Source: Vermamoeba vermiformis (Eukaryota). From it: 64,000 bases of DNA. The stretch is from the NCBI GenBank assembly GCA_045837725.1, contig JBEWZL010000306.1, positions 62,001 to 126,000 on the forward strand, written 5' to 3'. Each line of letters starts with the position of its first letter. Within the stretch, counting starts at the first letter, position 1. Under the pieces are notes generated by a model. It did not search any database. It was not told the origin of the DNA and worked only from the letters and a program-made list of their open reading frames with translations. The position numbers were made by a program, and so were the translations under genes. This document shows, piece by piece, positions 12,932 to 23,935 of the stretch.

Positions 12932-12983
12932 TCATTTCATTGAATAGTGCAACGGTCTCGTGGTGCATTATTCAATGAAATGA
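12932..12983. repeat. 20-bp inverted repeat with 12-nt spacer
   Basis: TCATTTCATTGAATAGTGCA ... TGCATTATTCAATGAAATGA, one mismatch (G-U pair on the + strand). Confidence 0.85.
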
Positions 12984-13480
12984 TAAAAACAAAATAATTT
13001 GTTTGCTTATGAATGAAAGCACAATGCTACCGGCTCTCACGCGACAGTAAATTATGTTGTTTGCTGTTACGCTTCAAATAATGGTGAAGGCAAATCGATC
13101 GAGTCTCGAACAAATCTGGGTAACTATCAATTAAGCAATTATTTTTCTATTTACAATTTAAATTATATAATTTATGTTCAAAATTTTAACGTGAAGCGTT
13201 AGGAAAACGAAGCGCACAGATTACAAGGGGATGGCGAAAATACCTTACCTTCTTCAATGCCTGTTGCCTGTTTGATATCATCACACTCGTGCCCTCAAGG
13301 AGAAACGGACATTTACAATTGAGCCGAGCGCTTCTCGAATGAAAATAATCAATGTCCGGCCAAACGGAGAAATATAATTGACGCGAGCGAAGGATCCAAG
13401 GCCAAATACAAAAAGAAAAACAGATTAGTAGTCAATCATCAACAACTTAATAGCAACAACAAATACTACCACTGCAAATC

Positions 13481-14407
13481 ATGTCTTCTGCTACTGAATC
13501 AAGAGTTTGGCTCATTACCGGCTGCTCATCTGGATTTGGCTTTGAACTCGTTCGTGCAGCTCTTGCTCGTGGCGAAAAAGTCATTGCTACTGCTCGGTCA
13601 ATCGACAAGATCGAGGAATTGAAGGCCGCCGGCGCTGCTACTCTGAGTTTGGATGTGACAAGTCCTCTTTCTGAACTCAACGCTGTAGCGGAGAGAGCGA
13701 TTGCCATTTATGGAAAAGTTGATGTATTAATCAACAATGCTGCATTCATCTTACAAGGTGCCATGGAAGAGAACACGTAAGTAGCGAGGAAAAATTCGGT
13801 TCAGATCTAACTTTGCCTTTCTAGACCTGAAGAGACCTTCCAACAATTCAACACTAACGTATTTGGATTACTCAACGTCACTCGCGCATTTTTACCTCAC
13901 ATGCGCGCTCGCAAATCCGGAGTTATCGTCAACATTGGAAGTATCGGCGGATGGGGTGGCGCCGCAGGAGCAGGACTCTATTGCTCGACTAAATTTGCGT
14001 TAGAAGGCATTACTGAAGCATTGCGCAGTGAAGTAGCACATCTGGGCATCAAAGTCATAGTCATTGAACCCGGCTACTTTCGCACTCAATTGCTCAAGCC
14101 AGGCAACACGCAAGCCTCTAGTACTATCCAGGACTATGAAGCTAGTGTCGGCCCCGTAAGAAAAATGCTCGAGGCTTATAATGGAAAACAACCTGGAGAC
14201 CCCAAAAAGGCCGCCGAACGCATCGTGGACATTGTTACGCAATCTGGCACCGCGCAAGGCCGAGAAATTCCAGTACGCGTTGCATTAGGCACGGATGCTT
14301 ATGCCTATATTAAAGGCACCATCGAACAGTCGTTGAAGGACTTGGAAGCATGGAAAGATGTTACCATTACAACGGATCACGATGACGTTAAACAAGCAGC
14401 TTATTAA
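13481..14407 (+). CDS. Classical short-chain dehydrogenase/reductase
   Basis: TGCSSGFG cofactor motif, NNA, catalytic YCSTK, IEPGYFRT; one intron near 13777-13824. Confidence 0.92.
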
Positions 14408-14448
14408 TTATTAATTATTCTTGTATTAAATAAATCGCTAATTTTACA

Positions 14449-16616
14449 TTAGACTTCAACTGTTGAATTGGCAGTCGTAGTCGTATTTTCTTTGTCTCTC
14501 ACCGAGTTCAGACTTTGAGATCCCTTACTCGTGGAAGACATTCCAGGAGATTTCTCGGGCATGAACCAAACTTGAATGAATGTAATAAGGCCTAGCAACG
14601 TTGATTCTTCATATAGAACTGCAAGACCGAAGAACAGATTGCCACCGACGATGTAGTAGCGCAAGATGAAATTGCAAGGCGGATAAATACAAGCGATGAT
14701 TGTTGAGATAATGATCGATATCCGGCTCTAATAATATCATTACTATATATATTTGGTTTAGATGAAATTAATTACGTACTCTCATTAACCCTCTGACGCG
14801 AGATTTCTTGTCGACGTTCAATCGTTCGGATCTCTTAATAACTTGTAACGCTTTAACAGCTGAACAAAAGTTATTAGCACAAATATTATTGCTGGCAATA
14901 TACACCTCTATTCATACCAACGATAATGTAGAAACAGGCTACGATCATTCCTGCAGCAAATTCAATGCCCAACAGGGCGACGAACAAAGTGCGAATGGTG
15001 AGAAAGCTCAATAGGATGGCATTAAGAGCGGGCAGCAAGATAATAATTCCGACGAGGATCCAGAAAGGGATCTGCATTCTGATCAAAAAAGTCAGTACAC
15101 GAACAATTAAGAATTTCCAAATAAGGCAATACTCACTTTTTGGACAAGAACGCTTGTACTTTTGTGTCTGCGAACTGATTGATGACTTCGAACCAGAAGA
15201 ACGCCATCAGCACCAGCGCTGCGACTGAAAAATACGAGGTTAAGGAATAAATATGAAAAAGCAAGTTGAATCAGTGGGCAATGTATGAATCGTTGTCAGA
15301 AGGATACATGACCACGTAGCAGGCCACGTGTCGATAAATGCATCTGCCATTGAGCTAATGATACCCCAAGTCAAGAGCGGATCGATCCAACGAACGATCA
15401 TCACTTTGGATCAGTTAGTAAGGCTCGTTATCATGATATGAAGGTACTTACATATACAAAATACTGCTTGCAATCCTAAGTAGACGAAGCTAATGTTCAA
15501 AACGAATCCAGTCGCTCGAACTTTTCGGACGAACTTGTAGATCACAAGTGCCAATAACGCCAAGTAGAATAGGCCATATAGGATATTCAACGTGATGAAC
15601 CAACCTGTGAAGCCAATATTTTTGTGCCATTCGCTTACTCCTACGCATATCATGCGAGATTAATATCTTCTATAAATTTAAAACGCCAAGTATACGAATA
15701 AAATTTAATATCGTTCGATAAAAGATCAATTACCTGGAGTAATATTAATTGTCACATACGGCTCAGTTTTGTTAACAATCATGTCTCTGAGCTTGAAATA
15801 ATCTGGACCCGACATCTGGACAAGAAAAGTCGTCAGATTAGCAGCTGCGGTTCAATACTGTCGAGTAGTACTATGACTTACAATGACTGCAGGGATATCA
15901 AGTGGCGTATTGCTCAACGGAATGCGGGATCTGCGTCCAACAACTCCGGGCACATCGTAATCACTGAAAATAACGCCGGCAGCTCCCGCTACACATAAAA
16001 ATAGGTCAATCGTTAATATTACGCGCGTTCATATTAAAATTGTTACTGTATCAATAAATCGAAATTAAGGCCCGGAGTTACAGAGCCGATTCTAAGTTTC
16101 CCTTTTAAAGAAGAATTAAAATTGCCAAAAATACAAACCTTCTTTCGCCAATTCAAATTGATGTTCACGACCGCAATGTCCGATAGGAATAACTACTATC
16201 ATGCCCGCAGCTGAAAAAGATTCGCAGCCAGGGATCTGGATCAGACCATAAAATTAGTTTAAAATTTTAAAGATGACAACCTTTCGAAATCAATCGATTC
16301 GACATTGTAATGCAAAAATTTGATATGAAAGTCGATCTATATGCCATTAAACGCACCTGTAACGATACATTGGCAGTGACAGAAAAGTCCGTAACACCAC
16401 CGACAAATCCGTTCGTCATGACAGGCGTATTCATTTCCGGCCTTATTGTTGTACAATTAGTAACCATTTGATATCATAATCAAATCAAGTTTGTCTCGAT
16501 AATTCTTCGACTTACATTCCAGGCGGAAAAACATACTGGCTGGCAGATGCGATATTGAACAGAACCAACGTTACAAAAAATAATAGAACAGAATGACCTA
16601 CACGCATTTCGTTCAT
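14449..16616 (-). CDS. PA domain + ~7TM protein, copy C
   Basis: Same exon series and motifs (TNGFVGG, RWIDPLLTWG, MQIPFW, ITFIQVWF); U12 intron 15225-15307. Confidence 0.72.
15225..15307 (-). other. U12-type GT-AG intron (copy C)
   Basis: 5' GTATCCTT; branch TTCCTTAAC at 15239-15247. Confidence 0.9.
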
Positions 16617-17319
16617 TTGTGGTCGTTACTTGGAGCTTGTATTAAATTAAATGGCACCGCCGGACGTAATTTTTTCATGATTTCTTTGCTGCATAGAAAT
16701 TTGCTAATTGGGGCAGTAATTTCAGATTGTGAGCGCTTGAACCACACCGATAAACCCAACGGCAATGCTATATTAAGCTGCGTGTTACCATAATGATCAT
16801 TATGACTATGTCGTAGCTTAACAATCTGGTCTTACTTGGTATTTGAGCTCTTTTAACTATTCATCGCCTTCTGTAAAATTCAAGTTTGAGAACAAACTCC
16901 GCGCCAACACAAGTTTAAACTTGATCCTTGATATACGTACGAAAATTGTTGTTCATACTAATACGTGCGAGGGATGATATATTCTAGCACACTTCGGCAA
17001 AATAAAATAATTAATTCAAAAATTTAAAATTGAATGACCACTGCCAAAATCGTAGCACAAATGTTTGAAAAGTATAGTACGATATTTTGTATATTAGAAA
17101 AAAATTGACGGAAGGATCAAACTCGTTTCGAAATATTGCAAATCAATTACCTGATTCTTTTTATACTAATTACTTGTTTGTCTAAAATCCAGCATTTTTA
17201 ATGCTTGAAGACGCGCAAAATTTACATCGTGTGGTTTGCTCTACGGAATTAAAAAGATATGAAGCGAAATACTTTACTAGGCGCCAAATTAACTATATTA
17301 CATACTATTAGACTACATC

Positions 17320-19464
17320 CTAATTAGAGCTGGTTACGACCTCATGCACCGAATTAGTCGTTATAGTGTCCTTGTGGCGGATCGGCGAAGCCTTCGCTGA
17401 TACACTAGTGCTCTTATCAGGCATGAACCAGACTTGAATGAAGGTAATAATGCCGAGAAACACTGACTCTTCATATAGAACTGCAAGACCAAAGTACAGG
17501 CTATCATAGAGAATGTTGTAGCGTAACGCAAAATTGCAGGGCGGATAGACGCAGGCAATTATTGTTGAAATGATGATCGATACGCGGCTCTAATTAGAGC
17601 AATATTAATGTGAGTGCTATAATTTAAGGTTACATACTCTCATTAAGCCTCTGATGCGAGATTTCTTGTCTACGTTGAGTCGTTCGGATCTCTTAAGTAC
17701 TTGCAACATTTTGACAGCTAAACAACATAATTAGGTTATTATGACATTTGATCAACATTTCTATGCATACCGACGATAATGTAGAAGCAGGCCACAATCA
17801 TTCCGGTCGCGAAAGAAATACCCAGGAGCGCAACAAACAGAACCAGAATTGAAAATGCGTTCAATAGAATCGAATTGATAGCAGGCAGTAGGATAATTAT
17901 AGAGACAAGAATCCAGAAAGGAATTTGCATTCTATAACACAAAATTAATCTCCAGATCCAGATCGATTTCCTTTTTAGGTTAAACTACTAAAAATTTAAA
18001 GTAACGGCAATACTTACTTTTTGGACAAGAACGCTTGTACTTTTGTGTCTGCAAACTGATTGATGACTTCGAACCAGAAGAACGCCATCAGTATCAGTGC
18101 TGCGACTGAGAATCATAAAGTTAAGGAATAAGTATGAAAAAGTGAAGTTAAGGAATAAATATGAAACCCGTTCTGATTAGAATCGAAAAACTGAAGAGTT
18201 GTCATAAGGATACATGACCACGTAGCAGGCCACGTGTCAATAAACGCATCAATCACTTCGCTGTACATTCCCCACGTCAAAAGCGGATCGATCCAACGAA
18301 CGATCATCACTTTGAATCAGTTAGTTATTACAATCACGTAAAACTTATAATACGTACATGCACAAAAGATGCCCTGGAAGATAAGATAGACGAAGCTAAT
18401 GTTCAAAACGAATCCAGTCGCTCGAACTTTTCGGACGAACTTGAAGATCACGAGTGCCAACAACGCCACGTAGAATAGGCCAAATATGATGTTCAATGTG
18501 ATGAACCAGCCTGTTATTGCAACGTTCTTGTGCCATTCGCTTACTCCTACGCATGTCATTCGAGATTAATATCTTCTATAAAATTTAGTAATCTCGCAAC
18601 TATTAAAAACTTAATTTGCCAAGTCTATAATTAGGACCAAATCGTTACCTGGAGTAAGCTCCACTGTTACGTATGGAGCGTTGTTCATTATTTCAAGCAC
18701 CATGTGGTAATCTGGTCCTGAGATCTGACACAAAAGTTGTAGATATCATGACATGTAGCGTTGTATCTCTATACCAAGACTTACAAAAACCACAGGGACC
18801 TCGAGTGGCGTACTGCTAATTGGGGTACGTGATCGTCGGCCATTAGTCTCAGGCGTGTCGACAAAATCGCAAAAAATAACTCCGGCCACCCCTGCTAATA
18901 TAACTTAGTTAATACTCAATATGATAGAGCTAGTTCATTTCTTTGTATATAATATGACCCTTGCCTAGAGCGAGATCGAAATTTTGCCTTAGAAAGAGCA
19001 GACCGAATTCTTAATTTGCCTTTTAAGGTTTTTAAAGCGAAATTATTACTAACCGTCTAGTGCCAATTGGTATTGGTATTCGCGCGTGCAAGGTCCTATC
19101 GGCATAATAGCAATCATGCCTTCAGCTGAGAATGGAGCACACATCTGCACGATAAAAAATTAGCTTGACACGTGCAGCACTTAATTAAATCGATCATTTG
19201 CATAAGTTGATATACGATTGAATATATAGTATTGCTAGTTGCGTACCTGAGCTGTAATGTTTCCAATGACAGAAAAATCCGTCAGACTGCCAATAAAGCC
19301 GTTTGTATTAGCAGGAGTATTTATGTCGTTCCTGTAATCTTTTGATTAGCACTTAATAGTATAATATGACGTTGCTAGGTAAGTACTTACGGCATCGGAG
19401 GAAAAAGTATTTGGCTGGCAGATGCAGCACCGATCAGCACTACGAGCAATATAAGGCGCTCCAT
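17320..19464 (-). CDS. PA domain + ~7TM protein, copy D
   Basis: Starts MERLILLVVLIGAASASQ; same exon series; U12 intron 18106-18213. Confidence 0.72.
18106..18213 (-). other. U12-type GT-AG intron with duplicated branch site (copy D)
   Basis: 5' GTATCCTT; TTCCTTAAC at both 18120-18128 and 18147-18155. Confidence 0.9.
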
Positions 19465-19673
19465 GTGCAAAATCTGCAACCCTTAACCCTCATTTGTGGT
19501 CGTTTGTTCGTTCGTTATTTAGAATGACATGCTAATAAACAAAATTTGGTCCGCTGCAACATTTAAGTTTGTGATTTGACTGAAACAGCGCTAATCATCG
19601 CGATGACTCACAACAGCATACTGCCCTAACAACATATTAATCTCCGTAGTTACCTCTTATAAAGGTCACTAAC

Positions 19674-21415
19674 CTACGCCTCTTCTCGTGATGTAATTGC
19701 CTTCGGCGGATCTGCATGTTTTTCGCCAGCTTTTTTCTTCGAAGGTGTTGCAACACTGCCCGAAGAACAGCCAGTATTCTTATCGGGCAAGAACCAAACT
19801 TGAATGAAGGTTATAATCCCTAATAATACTGACTCTATGTATAATGCCGCGAGTGCATAAACGACACCTCTGTACGCGGTGTAGTAACACAAGACAAAAG
19901 CAATCGGAGGATAAATGCAAGCTATGATTGTTGATATTATGATCGATATCCGACTCTAAATATAGAATATTAGATATGGCCATTGATAGTGTAAATTACG
20001 TACTCTCATCAGGCCCTGAACGCGAGATCTTATCGGCGTTCAATGTTTTGGATCTCTTTATGATTTCCAACGCTTTAACAACTTCAAATGAAAATTAATA
20101 CTGTTGTCTTATCAATTGGCAGTACTTCCTACTTACCGACTGTGATGTAAAAACAAGCTATTAGCATTCCTGTGCCTAACCACACCGCTAACAGCACAAC
20201 GAATAGAGCAGCAATACGGATGTAATTGACAAGAATTGCGTTGATGGCGGGCAATAATACGATGATAGCAGTAAAGATCCAGAACGGGATCTGCATTCTG
20301 ATCGAAAAGTCAGTACGCGAACACAAGTTTTATGAATTTCCAAATAAGGCAATACTTACTTTTTGGACAAGAACGCTTGTACTTTTGTGTCTGCGAACTG
20401 ATTGATGACTTCGAACCAGAAGAACGCCATCAGCACCAGCGCTGCGACTGAGAAACGCAAGGTTAAGGAAAAATACCAGGATTGAATTAGAACGTATAAA
20501 TTCGCTCGGTATGAAAAGGATACATGACCACGTAGCAGGCCACAAGTCCATTAAGACTTCAGCAACTGACGTATATAGGCCCCAAGTCAAGACCGGATCC
20601 ATCCACCACACGATCATCACTAATAATCAATTAATCGCGATTAGTTGTGATCGACCATATTTAATCTCTCTTACGTATGCAAAATGCAGCTTGAAAGTAC
20701 AGATAAACAAAGCTAATATTCAGCAGTACGCCGGTCGCTCTAGCTTTCCGAACAAATTTGTAGATCACGAGCGCGAACAGTGCGATATAAAATAGACCGA
20801 ACATAATATTGAATGTTATGAACCAGCCTGTTATTGCAATGTTCGTATGCCACACGCTAACGCCTTTTCGAAGATAATAATTAGAAATTTCGACTCTTTT
20901 CGTTTGCTATTTTAAGCCTCGTACCTGGTCTAATCTCAATCAATACATTATTATTGCTGATTTCAATGAGCATCTTAAGATCAGGAGCCGAGATCTATCA
21001 AATTAAAGATTTGAAATTGATATTCTCGTCTTGTGGCAAAAATGACACCTGATATACTTACCATCACTGCGGGTATCTCTAGTGGAGTTTTGCTTATTGG
21101 CATGCGCGATCGTCTTCCATTGGTGGCGTAGCTATCAAAATCACAGAATATTACTCCGACGGCTCCCGCTATATTAAGAAGTCAGTATATTTTGCAGCAC
21201 TTTCTATCTGTGTTATTATGGACATAGTAAGTTGTATATGCTATAATAGCTAATTTCTTTGTCTCAGCAAGCTACGGTCCGGATGCGCTTGGTACGTTAA
21301 AAACTTAAAACGACATACATTCTAAAGCCAAGGAATATTGTCGTTCGCTACTACAAGGTCCTACTGTTACTAAAGCTATCATGCCTTTCGCTGTATAAGC
21401 TGCGCATCCAAACCC
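19674..21415 (-). CDS. PA domain + ~7TM protein, copy E, lacking the first two paralogous exons (truncated gene or pseudogene)
   Basis: Homologous exons from GFGCAAYTAKGMIAL onward; the signal-peptide and GFVGG exons were not found before the LRR gene stop at 21552; U12 intron 20448-20523. Confidence 0.6.
20448..20523 (-). other. U12-type GT-AG intron (copy E)
   Basis: 5' GTATCCTTT; branch TTCCTTAAC at 20462-20470. Confidence 0.9.
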
Positions 21416-21551
21416 CTACGTTAAGTTCGTTTCATGAGCATCTTTGGTACGTTACTTGGTTCAGTAACAGCAAATGATGGCCTAAGATGGTCATAAATAA
21501 AAACAAGTCGTTCAACATTTAATTCAATACTGGTGTTGATGTCTGTCAAGG

Positions 21552-23359
21552 TTAAAAACTCAAAAGAGAAACAGCGAATGCCAACAACGGCAAGACAGGC
21601 AGCAAAATCGAACTATCAGAAGCCTTCTTGCAGCCAGACTCGTCCTTGGTAATTGTGACCGTGACTGCTTCAGCTTCATTGTTCTGAGTGGTTTTCAGCA
21701 CCACGCAAGACTGCACTGGATCGAGAATGATTGTCAGAATCGATGCACGTATGATCATACGAGACGCTACTTACGATTACTGTTGACAGTAATAGAACCA
21801 AAGTTGAGGTTGTCAGTGCCGCAGTAGGAGTTGAAAGTGAAGATCGTGCGCTCAATTGAACTCGAAGAACTCAATTCTTTGACTTCATCTTCGGTCAATG
21901 TAAACGACAACGAAGGGGTTCCTGTAGTAATGACTGTTAATACTTTTGAACTTCCCTTATGGCGTTATTCTTACCCTTGACTGTCGCACAGCCGTACACG
22001 ATAAGATCGCCCTCGGTGAGAGTAAGGGCTCCCGAAATAGTAAGGTTTCCAACGATGACAAGATCTCCAATTTCTGCGCCTGATGCAGGCTCGTAGGAGC
22101 CATAGATGGCCCATACAGGCTCTCTGTTAACATTGACTTGACAAACGGCGTTGCTATTAGGCGCAGGTTGAGGGCACGACTTCACACCTGCCAATAAGAA
22201 GTTGATACGCGTACGTTAAAATAATCAAAAGCCAACTTACAGTCGATTTTTGTAGTGTTGCACTTGGGATTGGTTGGAATACAGCACAAGTTGGTGCCAG
22301 AAACATCGCACGTAATAACTGTTGGAAGACTCACGTTGTAGCAGCCAGCGAGAGGATTGTTGGAAATGTTGAACCTGCCAAGGTTCGGGAGGTCTGACAA
22401 TCCAGGGTAGATCAAGCCCGTCAACAAGTTGTTGCCCGCATCAAACACTTCCAAAGTAGTGCACAATGCCAAGTCAGCTGGAATCATGCCGCTCAATTGA
22501 TTTGAAGAGAGCCGGAGGTCAGTCAGTTTCGGCATGTGACCAAGTTGCCAAGGTATAGTGCCAGTGAGCTGATTGCTATCTAAATACAGAGATTTCAGCG
22601 ACGATAACTGCTGAAGCTCGCCAGGTATGGTGCCCGTCAGTTGATTGTTAGATGCGTCAAAATTAATGAGTTGATTAAGCTGCTTCAATTCGGGAGGGAT
22701 GGTGCCAGTAAGTCTATTTTTGTTGATGAGTAGATTTTGGAGCCGTTGCATTCCGCCAATGTATGCAGGAATAGTACCAGTAACGCGAGTATTGTACAGG
22801 GCGAAACCAGTGAGGTTTACGAATGGTCGCAGATCCGGAAAGTCGCCAGTCAGGTCTGAGTCAAGGATTTGGTATTCGCTTAACGGGGAGCGAGCACTTT
22901 CGAGAAAGGTCGGAAGTTGCAGATTCGTCGTCCACCACAGATACAAAGATTGAAGATTTGGGAGAGAACCAATTTCGATTGGTAAAGGCCTCGATAAGGT
23001 CACATTATTGATCGTAATCGTCTGTAAGTAAGGCCAGTCTTTGATCCAATCCCCGATCTCAACCGCAGTTTGCTCTCTAACGTAACTACAATTTACTGGT
23101 TAATATTTTGCTTTATGGATTGCGAAAGAAGATCTTACAGCTCTGTTATGTGCATAGCGCCGTCCACCTCACGGCAAGAAACATAAGAAGGACTGCCGAT
23201 AGCGCATGGGTCTCCGGGAGTAATTGACCAAGTTGGAGGAACCAACGACGCGTTAAATAATTTATACGCATCTATCTCCGTCTTCGGAAGCTCCTGTGCT
23301 GAGCTGCAGACGATGAGAACAAAAATCTGCAGAATCATAAAACAAATAAACCGCCGCAT
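21552..23359 (-). CDS. Cell-surface leucine-rich repeat protein, probably GPI-anchored or C-terminally anchored
   Basis: Signal peptide, Cys N-cap, 24-aa plant-type LRRs (LxxNxLTGxIPxxL), Cys-rich C-cap, terminal hydrophobic stretch ILLPVLPLLAFAVSLLSF with no cytosolic tail. Confidence 0.85.
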
Positions 23360-23935
23360 TGTGGTTGTGGTGTTTAGGATAAAAAGAAAGTGGAAACAAT
23401 ACTAAAAAAAAAAATTTGTTGTTCACAAATTTCAATTTCCTTTTTCGGTAATTCGTTGACATTAAAGTTGTTGCTTCCGTTTAGAATCATGATTCCTTTG
23501 CACACCGCGTACATACTAATTAGGAGCATTGTTAAGGCTAAAAAAGGTTTTTACAAAAAGAATCGAAGGTTTAGGTAAACGTATCAGAACTCTCAAATTA
23601 AGCCCCTTTGCATAAGTTATAAATTAATGTTGTCAATTGACAACAAAGGTTCGGGCGGAGATAATTTCCGCAATCTCTAAATTTAGAACGTTAAACTTAC
23701 AAATTAATTAATGATGAGCCGATAAATTTGGCAGGTTGCCAATTTAGTAGATTTTAATCCATAACTCGGAGTGAGATGCAATACATTTGAATTACCTACC
23801 AACATGGTGCCCGCCACTCGGAATTTTCCGCTACGTTCACGAGATGGATCTACAACGACTGATTTGGGACTTATGGATTATAACTGTTTTAAGTGAAATA
23901 GCGCCTTTCGAGTTTAATATTGTACTAATTGTGCC

